Shown here: one piece after another, positions 55,327-64,000 of the stretch
Position numbering within the stretch: the first letter of the stretch is position 1
How the letters are laid out: each line of letters starts with the position of its first letter
NCBI GenBank assembly: GCA_030588745.1
Contig: JAUUXB010000002.1
Location: forward strand, 4,683-68,682
From: a bacterium
Lineage (GTDB): Bacteria > Patescibacteriota > Minisyncoccia > Minisyncoccales > JANBVM01
Length of the DNA stretch: 64,000 nt
Reading direction: 5' to 3'
Program-made: the position numbers and the translations under genes
The notes under the pieces: generated by a model
What the model saw: only the letters and a program-made list of their open reading frames with translations
The model's database searches: none
What the model was told of the DNA's origin: nothing

Positions 55327-56727
55327 TTAACGCTCAATTTTCTCTTTTAAAAATTCAACTAGCTCTTTGATTTTTATCCTAACTTGTTTTGTTGTATCCC
55401 TATCTCTAATAGTAACATCATTTTGCTTTAAAGAATCGTAATCAATGGTAATACAGTATGGAGTTCCTATTTCATCTTGAGAATAATAACGTTTACCAAT
55501 ATTACCTCTGTCATCCCAGGCAGTAGAAAATTCAGGCTTTAATATCTCATAAACTTGTTTGGCTTTCTTAACTAATTCTGGTTTGTTAGCCAACAAAGGA
55601 AATACTGCTGCTTTATAAGGCGCTAAATAAGGTTTTAATTTTAAAACGATGCGTTCTTCTTTTTTTCCTTTCTCTTCAGAATAAGCATCCAACAAGACTG
55701 TTAAAAAAGACCTGTCCATTCCAAATGTTGGCTCTACAACGTGAGGAATGAATTTTTCTCCTGTTTCTTTGTCTGTGTAACGTAAATCAACTCCTGATTT
55801 TTCCATATGGTTTTTTAAATCAAAATCAGTTCTATAAGCCAGCCCATAAAGTTCTTTAAAGCTTCCGAAAGGAAAACTATATTCTAAATCTTCTGTTTTT
55901 TTGGAATAATGAGACCTTTCTTCATCTGTGTGCTCCCGCCATCTTAGATTGTTTTTATTTACACCCAATATTTCAGTAGTCCATGTCCACATTTCTTTTT
56001 TCCAGTAATCAAATAATTTTTCCCATTTCTGTTTTTTAGGATTAAAGAAATATTCAAACTCAGAAAGATTAAACTGAAGAGTGCGGAAAATAAAATTACC
56101 TAGACTAATTTCATTTCTAAAAGCAGGGCCTGATTGAGCCAAGCCAAAAGGAAGGCCGGGCGATAAAGAATCTAGAACATTTTTAAAATTAACAAACATG
56201 CCTTGAGCAATTTCTCCTCTTAAATAAGCTAAAGACTTATTCTCAGGAACAATACCAATATGGGTTTCAAACAAAAGATTGAATTTTCTTGGTTTGGTCC
56301 AATCAAAAGCCCCGCAAGACGAACAAACAAGTTTTTCTTTATCAATAATGTTTTTAATTTCTTCAACATCGAAACCTTCAACTTTTATCTCATTTCCTTT
56401 TTTCTCAAAATGGTCTTCAATTAAGTGATCAGCTCTAATTCTGCTTTTGCATTTCTTACAATCAACTAAAATATCTGTAAAACTATTAGTATGACCTGAG
56501 GCCTCCCATACTCTAGGACTCATAATAACTCCTGAATCAAGTCCATAAATATCTTCTCTATTATTAACAAAATGTTTCCACCAAAGATTTTTAATGTTAT
56601 GTAAGAGTTCAACACCCAAAGGCCCATAATCATAAGTATTTGCTAAACCACCATATATCTCAGAGCCTGGAAAAACAAAACCTCGTCTTTTCGCTAATGA
56701 TGTAATTTTTGCCATTTTATCAGCCAT
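55327..56727 (-). CDS. glyQS: glycine--tRNA ligase (alpha2 type)
   Basis: IYGG, DYGPLG, LRGEIAQG, FRNEI, EPTFGMDR, IGKRY. Confidence 0.95.
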   Translation of the reverse strand: MADKMAKITSLAKRRGFVFPGSEIYGGLANTYDYGPLGVELLHNIKNLWWKHFVNNREDIYGLDSGVIMSPRVWEASGHTNSFTDILVDCKKCKSRIRADHLIEDHFEKKGNEIKVEGFDVEEIKNIIDKEKLVCSSCGAFDWTKPRKFNLLFETHIGIVPENKSLAYLRGEIAQGMFVNFKNVLDSLSPGLPFGLAQSGPAFRNEISLGNFIFRTLQFNLSEFEYFFNPKKQKWEKLFDYWKKEMWTWTTEILGVNKNNLRWREHTDEERSHYSKKTEDLEYSFPFGSFKELYGLAYRTDFDLKNHMEKSGVDLRYTDKETGEKFIPHVVEPTFGMDRSFLTVLLDAYSEEKGKKEERIVLKLKPYLAPYKAAVFPLLANKPELVKKAKQVYEILKPEFSTAWDDRGNIGKRYYSQDEIGTPYCITIDYDSLKQNDVTIRDRDTTKQVRIKIKELVEFLKEKIER

Positions 56728-56729
56728 AT

Positions 56730-58397
56730 TTATTGAATTGTTCCATTAGTTATTGTTGGGTCATTTGGCAAGGAAGTATTAACAGCTGGAGCTGAGCTTT
56801 TAATTATGGTTTGGGTCCAGCTATCTTCAGCTGTAATCTGTACTTCATTAATTATATTAGGAATTTGACCTCTTTGATACACAGCAGGGGTAAATGAAAT
56901 CTGAAAAGCAATTGTTAAAGGTGGTTCTGTAACTCCAACCCCTCTTGCCAAATCGCCTGCTAACCAGACAATTTCTCTTGATTGAGAATCAAAGGTAAAT
57001 TTCTCAAATTCTGGTTCAGGAAACACTCTGCCAGTTAATTCTATGTTTTGAGGCAAAATTGCCTTTACTTTTGCATTTTTAATATCTGAATAATGATTCC
57101 TTATATGCCACATAATTGTATAAGTGGTAGCTTCACCTACCTGCAACGGAACAGGACCAGAATTGCCAAAAACTTCATCCTGAAAATATGCTTTTTGGTC
57201 TATTCCAAGTTTTGAACCAATTTTTGTAACAAATTCTTCTTTAACCTGCCCAATAAATATTTTATTTCTTAAAACAGGATTTTTAACACTGCCTAAATCA
57301 TCTTTTAATTTTATGAAGAAATCAACCTTTCCTTCTTCTGTTGGAATTAAATATTGAAGGTCTGGAACTCTTCTCCAGTCAAAAACAATAGAGTTGTCGC
57401 CTGCTTGAAAACTTCCATAATCAGATTTTATTGTTTGAAAATCAAAAGCTTCTCCTTCTAACTGATTAATCATAAATAAATTACTTACACTATCTTCTCC
57501 CACATTTTTAAAGTAAATCTCATAATGGAGCCAATCACCAGGCACAGCAACATATTGAGGGTTTCCATTAATTTCCTGCCTGATGTAAAGAGAATGTCTA
57601 ACCACTTCCACTCCTTTTGTAGCTTCTTTTAAAACAATGAACTCACCGTTCTTCCAAACACCCAACTTAGCTTTAAAAACTTTTGCTTCTCCTAAATCTC
57701 CAGAAAGCCTGCCTGAGATTTCAATTCTTCCTCCTTCTGATTTATTTAAAACAGGGATTTCCCATTCTGTCTGCTCAATTGATTTAGGAGTGGAGCTTAT
57801 AAATTCAAAACCAAATGGATATTCAATCTGGCATCTCAAATTAGTTAAAAGATGTTCAATATTAGAGAAATAATTAATCCGAAAAACAAAATCTTTGCCC
57901 GATGCAATCTTAGAAGGCAAATCAAAATCAAATACTAAAGGAGCTGACTTAATCTGGCTGGTAAAGTCAGAAGATAGCTGGTATCTTGCTTTTAAATCTT
58001 TTGGCCTATAACTCAAAGATGCTTTAGTAATTTTAATATCTCCCTCTTTTCCCAAAATACTTATTTTAAATGAAAATGTCTTTTCTTCGCCCGGATAAAT
58101 TGCTTCGCCCAATTCTTCTGGACCTAAAATCTGTCTTTCAAAAAACTCTCCGTCTTTTAAAGAATATTCAGGCGCCTCGAAAACAAGTTCTGGATTATCT
58201 AAACGAAACTCTCCTTTGTTTCTATACCTTACAACATACTCTACTTCCTCACCTAAAGTGATTTCAGATGGTCCAAAAATATCCAATCTTAAAAGTTCTT
58301 TTGAATAAACGTTTTTTTGCCAATTCCAAATAAACCAGGTTGTTCCTGCTAAAATAACTATAATAATGAAATAATTTAAAATCTTTTTCATATTCAT
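56730..58397 (-). CDS. membrane-anchored beta-rich (DUF11/Ig-like) protein
   Basis: N-terminal TM, repeated beta-sandwich segments, NSGPVP..VGEATTYTI. Confidence 0.7.
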   Translation of the reverse strand: MNMKKILNYFIIIVILAGTTWFIWNWQKNVYSKELLRLDIFGPSEITLGEEVEYVVRYRNKGEFRLDNPELVFEAPEYSLKDGEFFERQILGPEELGEAIYPGEEKTFSFKISILGKEGDIKITKASLSYRPKDLKARYQLSSDFTSQIKSAPLVFDFDLPSKIASGKDFVFRINYFSNIEHLLTNLRCQIEYPFGFEFISSTPKSIEQTEWEIPVLNKSEGGRIEISGRLSGDLGEAKVFKAKLGVWKNGEFIVLKEATKGVEVVRHSLYIRQEINGNPQYVAVPGDWLHYEIYFKNVGEDSVSNLFMINQLEGEAFDFQTIKSDYGSFQAGDNSIVFDWRRVPDLQYLIPTEEGKVDFFIKLKDDLGSVKNPVLRNKIFIGQVKEEFVTKIGSKLGIDQKAYFQDEVFGNSGPVPLQVGEATTYTIMWHIRNHYSDIKNAKVKAILPQNIELTGRVFPEPEFEKFTFDSQSREIVWLAGDLARGVGVTEPPLTIAFQISFTPAVYQRGQIPNIINEVQITAEDSWTQTIIKSSAPAVNTSLPNDPTITNGTIQ

Positions 58398-59143
58398 TAA
58401 ATTTGTCCACTTATTTCTAGGATAAAAGATAAATAATGTTTTGAAAACTCCTCTAAATCTTTTAAGTCTTTATCATTTATTTTTAATCTAGAAATTACCT
58501 CTAGTTTTTTCTCACTGATAAAACGTATTATTTTAATTGTTTCTGGACTCACTAATATATCTGATTTATCTTTTGAAAGGCAATTTTTACAAATTATACC
58601 TTGTTTTTTAGGGCTAAAATAAATACTCTCAGGTTTTAGTTTTTCTTCACAAGCCAAACAATTATATAAATCAGGCCTATAACCTAAAACAGATAAAAAT
58701 TTCCAGAGAAAATAATAATAAATTATTCTTGTGTTTTTAAAACTTCTGTCATCTAATTTTCTAAAAACCTCTAACAATAAATTCCAAATATTTTCATCTG
58801 ACTCTTGCCCTTTAATTAAATCATCTAAAACCTGTCTAATGCTGTGGGTTATATCAAGTCTTTTTAAATCTTCCCTTAAATTTTTAAATTTTTCAATTGC
58901 GATTGCATCTGTTAATGTCTTGTAATTCTTTCCTTGGATAAATTCAATTTCTGATAAATAAAAAATCTCAATCCCTGATTTTAATTTTGAAGTCATCTTA
59001 CGTATTGCTTTTGCTAAAATCTCTAATCTTCCAAAATCCTTTGTATAAACACTAAATAGCTGATCAGCTTCTTTTCTATCCACCTTTCTGAAAATAATAC
59101 CTTGGGTCCTATAATGAACGAACATTCTATTTTTGAAGTCCAA
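58397..59143 (-). CDS. recO: DNA repair protein RecO
   Basis: EADQLFSVYTKDFG...AKAIRK, LGYRPDL, CLAC...ICKNC. Confidence 0.9.
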   Translation of the reverse strand: MDFKNRMFVHYRTQGIIFRKVDRKEADQLFSVYTKDFGRLEILAKAIRKMTSKLKSGIEIFYLSEIEFIQGKNYKTLTDAIAIEKFKNLREDLKRLDITHSIRQVLDDLIKGQESDENIWNLLLEVFRKLDDRSFKNTRIIYYYFLWKFLSVLGYRPDLYNCLACEEKLKPESIYFSPKKQGIICKNCLSKDKSDILVSPETIKIIRFISEKKLEVISRLKINDKDLKDLEEFSKHYLSFILEISGQI

Positions 59144-59567
59144 AAAGTTTTTTTAGTGCTTCACGCTCTTTTTTTATCACAGACTCTTCTGGTGTACCCC
59201 TAAACGAAGATTGTTCCTTGCCTAATTTTTTATATATAGCCCTAATATCACCTGGGTTGAAAGTAGTTTTGTTTGGTGGCAGTAAATTTTTAAGTTTTTC
59301 TGCAAATTTCTTTCTTTGCGCTTCACCCATTTGAATATTAGTGTCTTTATAAAAATCTTCTCTACCTTTTAATATCCCCATCAAAGATTTTTTCTCAAAA
59401 AATTCTTGCTTTTTAAGAACACTTGAACCAGTAGTTCCTTTTGGAACTTCTGTCTTTTTAACTTCCGGTTTTTTTGCCTTTGGTGGTAAGCTATATTCTC
59501 TTGGTGGCCCTTGTGGCTCACCCCACATTTTTCGTCCAAATTGTCCGCTTTTATTTTCTAAAACCAT
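59127..59567 (-). CDS. hypothetical protein (146 aa)
   Basis: ORF within the ileS-recO operon. Confidence 0.6.
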   Translation of the reverse strand: MVLENKSGQFGRKMWGEPQGPPREYSLPPKAKKPEVKKTEVPKGTTGSSVLKKQEFFEKKSLMGILKGREDFYKDTNIQMGEAQRKKFAEKLKNLLPPNKTTFNPGDIRAIYKKLGKEQSSFRGTPEESVIKKEREALKKLFGLQK

Positions 59568-59582
59568 AATTATATATATAAA

Positions 59583-62500
59583 TTAGTTCCCGACCTTTTT
59601 AATAAATAATTGTATTTTTTGACCATTAATACTTAATTCTTTCCCTTTTTTTAATCCCTTAACCAAATCCAAATCTTTTGCTTTTGTTTCTTTAATAATT
59701 ATTTTTTCTTTTCTTAATAAAAGCTCGCTCATATCATGTTCTGCTTTAAACTGAATTATAATAATATCTTTTGGAGTCAGTTTTTGTTTTTTTCTTGCTT
59801 CTTGAATATTTCTAATCACCTCTCTTACTATTCCTTGTTCTTGTAACTGCTTGGTAATTTTTGTGTTAAGCTTTATTTCTTTTCCAAAACCAACATTTAA
59901 AACATTAACTTCTTGCTTAATTAAATCCAAAAGCTCATTTTCATTTTTTAATTCTTTATCCTTAATAATTAACTCCTGTAATGCCTGTCTTACTTTAATT
60001 CCATGCTTTGCTCTTTCAGCTAAAGCTTGGGTAACAATTTCCCGAGTTTTTTCCATTTTCTTATTCAATTTTTCATCAACAGATTTTTCAGTTGTTTTGG
60101 GCCAATCTTCTAAATGAACTGAATCTTTAATTTTAAACCCTGCTTTTTTAAAATCCTGATATATGTATTCAGTAAAAAAGGGAATAAAAGGAGCTGATAG
60201 CTTTATTGTCTGAAAAATCACAAAGCTCAAAGTTCCAGCAGCATCTTTTAATTCCATATCAGTTTTTGGCTGTTGGAATCTTTTTCTAGATCTTCTAATA
60301 TACCATAAAGAAAGTTCATTCATAACAAATTTTTCAATGCTTCTAGCTGCACCAGTTATATCATAATTTTCTAGCAATTTAGTGGTTTTTACAATCAGTT
60401 CATTAAGTTTAGAAATAATCCATCTGTCTAAAATATGCTTGGAAGGTGGATTTTTAAAACTTAAGGATTCACCATCAGTGTAAGTTTTTAAAAAAACATA
60501 GGAATTCCATAAAGGAAGAATGAATTTCCTTAGACTATTTTCTGGTTCTTTTTCTGAAAACAGCTTTGAATCACCGGGCTGATTAACAGTGTAAAATGAC
60601 CACCTTAAAGCATCAGTTGAATATTTTTCAATAATATGCCATGGATCAATTATATTTCCTTTTGATTTTGACATTTTTTCACCTTTTTCATCCAAAATAT
60701 GACCCAAAGAAACAACGTTTTTATAGGATGGTCCTTTTCCAAGCAAAGTAGAGACAGCAAGTAAAGTATAAAACCAGCCTCTTGTTTGGTCTATTGCTTC
60801 ACAGATATAATGAGCAGGAAATTGCTTGTTTTCATCAATAAGCTTTTTATTTTCAAAAGGATAATGATATTGAGCAAAAGGCATTGCTCCTGAATCAAAC
60901 CAGCAATCTATTACTTCAGGAACTCTTTCCATTAAAGCCCCGCAACCAGAGCACTGAAATTTCACATTATCAATATAAGGTCTGTGTAAATCCATCTCTA
61001 GGTTTTTATTAAAAGGCAATACTCTAAATTCTATCTCTTCCAGTTTGCCTGTTTTCATTTTGTTTCCTTTTTTACGCCAGTTTAAAATTTTTTCAAGAGA
61101 CCAACCCTCTAAAGTTTTTTTAAAAACACCTAAAGGAAGTTCATGAGAAACAATTAAAATATTTTTTCCTTTATACTTTTTATCAATCTCTTTTAAAAAG
61201 TTGTACATTCTTTTTTTCAAATCTTTCACGCTTTCACCTCTGGGAGCTTTTGTTTCAGTCAAATTTCCTTTTTTTTCAAAATACTCCCAAACCAGCCCAG
61301 GTGCTTTACCATTAAAAGTACCAATATCAAATTCCCTTAATCTTTTGCTGAATTTAAGTGAAGCTTTAGTTGTTTCAGCTATAATTTCAGCAGTTTGTTT
61401 TGTTCGCAGTAAGTCTGACGAAAAAATTAAATCCAAATCCATTTTTGCCAATTTATCTCCTGCTTTTTTAGCTTCTTTTTTTCCTTTATCAGTTAAAGGG
61501 CAGTGAATTTTCTCAGGCCAGCATGAAGTAACTCCTTTTGCCTGTTTTATACTCTCACCATGACGAATTATAAAATAATTGTTGTTGCTAAACTTCTGTT
61601 TTAACAAATCACTAATACCGCCAATTACCACCTGATTTTTACAATGAGCGCACTGCCAAACAGGAAGAGGAGTCCCCCAATACCTTTCTCTTGAAATTGC
61701 CCAGTCCTTAACCTCTCTTAACCATTCGCCAAATCTTCCTTTTTTAAGATAAGACGGATACCAATTTATTTTTGCATTATTAGCAATCAAATCCTTTTTA
61801 ACTTTTGTCATTTCTATAAACCAGCTTTTTTTTGCGTAATAAAGAAGCGGTGTTTTGCATCTCCAGCAAAATGGATAATCATGTTCATACAATTCTTGCT
61901 TGAACAACAACCCTCTTTCTTTTAAATCCTCAATTATTAAAGGGTCAGCTTCTTTAAAATACATTCTTGCCCATTTTTCAACATTTAATCTAAACCTCCC
62001 TTCATCATCAATGTTTAATAAAATTGGCAGTTTATTCTTTCTTCCAACCTCCATATCATCTATTCCATAAGCAGGGGCAATGTGAACAAGACCTGTTCCT
62101 TCGTCCAGAGAAACAAAATCTCCTCCAATAACTTTGTAGGCATTTCTTGAAACCTCATCTTCTGCTGGATATAGGGCTTCGTATCTTAAATTAAACAAAT
62201 CTTTTCCTTTGAATTCACCAACAATTTCACCCTTAAGGTCCAAATTCTTAATTCTTTCTTTTGCTAATATTAAATACTCATCATTAACTTTAACTTTTGC
62301 ATAAACCAATTTAGGATTTACTGCTACAGCTACATTACCAGGCAATGTCCAGGGAGTAGTTGTCCATACCAAAAAAGAAGTATTTTTAAAATTAGGGCTA
62401 ATAATCTTGAATTTAATAAAAACTGATGGTTCTTTTATTTTTTTATACCCCTGAGCCACCTCATGGCTTGAAAGAGGAGTTCCACACCTAGGACAATATG

Positions 62501-63020
62501 GAACAACTTTAAAATCTTGAATCAAAAGTTTCTTTTGCCAGATTTGCTTTAATATCCACCACAATGATTCAACATACTCAGAATTATAGGTGATATAAGG
62601 ATTATCTATATCCACCCAATAACCAATTTTTTCTGTTAAATCTACCCAGGCCTTTGTAAAATTCCAGACAGATATTTTGCATTTTTTATTAAATTTAGAA
62701 ATACCATATTTTTCAATATCTTTTTTTGATTTTAAGCCAAGCTTTTTTTCAATCTGAAGCTCAACTGGCAAACCATGTGTATCCCAACCACCTTTTCTTA
62801 AAACCCTAAAACCCTTCATTGTTTTATATCTACAAATTATATCTTTAAAAACCCTGGCTAAAACATGATGAAGTCCTGGAGGAGCATTAGCAGTAGGAGG
62901 ACCTTCATAAAACACAAAATCACGAGCTTTAGCTCGTTGTTGTATGCTTTTTTCAAATATCTTTTTATCTTTCCAGAACTTTAAAACTTTTACTTGCTTT
63001 TTAGGTAAGTCTAGTTTCAT
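59583..63020 (-). CDS. ileS: isoleucine--tRNA ligase (type 2) with inserted histidine phosphatase domain
   Basis: YEGPPTAN, GWDTHGLP, WTTTPWT, DQTRGWF, KMSKS; RHGES...SHE insert. Confidence 0.95.
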   Translation of the reverse strand: MKLDLPKKQVKVLKFWKDKKIFEKSIQQRAKARDFVFYEGPPTANAPPGLHHVLARVFKDIICRYKTMKGFRVLRKGGWDTHGLPVELQIEKKLGLKSKKDIEKYGISKFNKKCKISVWNFTKAWVDLTEKIGYWVDIDNPYITYNSEYVESLWWILKQIWQKKLLIQDFKVVPYCPRCGTPLSSHEVAQGYKKIKEPSVFIKFKIISPNFKNTSFLVWTTTPWTLPGNVAVAVNPKLVYAKVKVNDEYLILAKERIKNLDLKGEIVGEFKGKDLFNLRYEALYPAEDEVSRNAYKVIGGDFVSLDEGTGLVHIAPAYGIDDMEVGRKNKLPILLNIDDEGRFRLNVEKWARMYFKEADPLIIEDLKERGLLFKQELYEHDYPFCWRCKTPLLYYAKKSWFIEMTKVKKDLIANNAKINWYPSYLKKGRFGEWLREVKDWAISRERYWGTPLPVWQCAHCKNQVVIGGISDLLKQKFSNNNYFIIRHGESIKQAKGVTSCWPEKIHCPLTDKGKKEAKKAGDKLAKMDLDLIFSSDLLRTKQTAEIIAETTKASLKFSKRLREFDIGTFNGKAPGLVWEYFEKKGNLTETKAPRGESVKDLKKRMYNFLKEIDKKYKGKNILIVSHELPLGVFKKTLEGWSLEKILNWRKKGNKMKTGKLEEIEFRVLPFNKNLEMDLHRPYIDNVKFQCSGCGALMERVPEVIDCWFDSGAMPFAQYHYPFENKKLIDENKQFPAHYICEAIDQTRGWFYTLLAVSTLLGKGPSYKNVVSLGHILDEKGEKMSKSKGNIIDPWHIIEKYSTDALRWSFYTVNQPGDSKLFSEKEPENSLRKFILPLWNSYVFLKTYTDGESLSFKNPPSKHILDRWIISKLNELIVKTTKLLENYDITGAARSIEKFVMNELSLWYIRRSRKRFQQPKTDMELKDAAGTLSFVIFQTIKLSAPFIPFFTEYIYQDFKKAGFKIKDSVHLEDWPKTTEKSVDEKLNKKMEKTREIVTQALAERAKHGIKVRQALQELIIKDKELKNENELLDLIKQEVNVLNVGFGKEIKLNTKITKQLQEQGIVREVIRNIQEARKKQKLTPKDIIIIQFKAEHDMSELLLRKEKIIIKETKAKDLDLVKGLKKGKELSINGQKIQLFIKKVGN

Positions 63021-63110
63021 GTGTATATATCTAAAATATCACTTTAGATTGTTTTTTTCAAATAAAAAAACCTGTACAAAGCACAAATTCAATTACAAAA
63101 AACTAAGAAA

Positions 63111-64000
63111 TTACATTTTTTCAGGAGCCAAAATTGCCATTAAGTCAAAGGTTTCTTTAAGCACAGTTTTAGTTGCCAAAATTAAAGCTATTCTAGCCTG
63201 CTGTAACTTTTCATCCTCAGCCAAAACCCTGCAGTCTTTATAGAATTTATGGAAAACAGTAGCTAAATCAATCATGTATTGAGGCAGTCTTTGAACTTGA
63301 TAATCATTGGCTGTGTCTTCAATTATTTCTGGAAATTTAACAAGTTCTTTTATTAATTTAATTTCAGAAGAATGTTTTAGCAAAGAAAAATCAGGTCTTG
63401 TTTTTTTTGCTTTTGTTTTTCTTAAAATACTGCAGATTCTTGCATAAGCATATTGAACATAATAAACCGGATTTTTCTCTGATTGCTCTTTGGCTAAATC
63501 TAAATCGAAATTTAAATGAGTATCTGCTGATCTTGTTAAAAAAAAGAATCTAACAACGTCTTTGCCCACCATATCAATTAAATCATCCATTGTTACATAA
63601 CGGCCTGCTCTTTTTGACATTTTTAATTTCTTTTGTTTCTCAAAAAGGGTGACGAATTGCAGAAGAACAATATCAAGTTTCCCCTTATAACCAAGAGCCT
63701 CAACAACTGCCTGAAGACCAGCTACATCTCCATAATGGTCGGCTCCCCAAATATTAATCACTTTGTCAAACTTTTTGTCTTTAAATTTATACTCATGAAG
63801 AGCCGTATCTCCTGCCAAATATGTTTTCCATTTATTTGATTTTACTATTACTCTATCTCTATCATCACCATATTGTTTTGATTTAAACCATAAAGCTCCT
63901 TCTTTTTCGTATAAAAAGCCTTTTTTCTTTAATTTATCTATTACCTTATCAACTAATCCAGACTTATGAAAATTTGTTTCTGAAATCCATTCATCATATT
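63111..64000 (-). CDS. argS: arginine--tRNA ligase, 5' partial
   Basis: Frame open to the window end; WGADH, KMSKRAG, NPVYYVQYAYARI, APEKM. Confidence 0.95.
   Translation of the reverse strand, partial: YDEWISETNFHKSGLVDKVIDKLKKKGFLYEKEGALWFKSKQYGDDRDRVIVKSNKWKTYLAGDTALHEYKFKDKKFDKVINIWGADHYGDVAGLQAVVEALGYKGKLDIVLLQFVTLFEKQKKLKMSKRAGRYVTMDDLIDMVGKDVVRFFFLTRSADTHLNFDLDLAKEQSEKNPVYYVQYAYARICSILRKTKAKKTRPDFSLLKHSSEIKLIKELVKFPEIIEDTANDYQVQRLPQYMIDLATVFHKFYKDCRVLAEDEKLQQARIALILATKTVLKETFDLMAILAPEKM

Overview
AT-rich bacterial chromosome window read with code 11 (TGA = stop). Gene content and style (SD-less housekeeping genes, class III RNR, alpha2-type GlyRS, IleRS with an inserted His-phosphatase domain, ComEC, 2-oxoacid:ferredoxin oxidoreductase) point to Patescibacteria/Parcubacteria; this is an inference. 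The core is mostly on the minus strand: clpB, htrA, comEC, nrdDG, ftsAZ, ybeY, rpsU, hisS, lepB, glmS, leuS, metG, glyQS, recO, ileS, argS, with pth, topA, tRNA-Leu and murA on the plus strand. Two accessory regions (about 1-6750 and 49050-55326) flank it. The main signal is a recombinase-less tandem array of small gene cassettes at 49050-55326. Units are separated by a hairpin followed by GCTCC-N7-GGAC, then either N6-AGAAC or TCGAAC, which looks like the reverse complement of a tRNA 3' end; each unit carries its own promoter. A matching site lies at 6086. The largest unit is an operon whose genes nearly all begin with the same ATGAAAGAAAAAATTAAG (MKEKIK) sequence, including an empty stub. 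Also seen: a leader-peptide attenuator with a structured RNA before an orphan gene, an orphan inserted with a ~90-bp duplication, a TPR gene with a probable ATT start, and a GT2-HtrA read-through ORF with an internal promoter.
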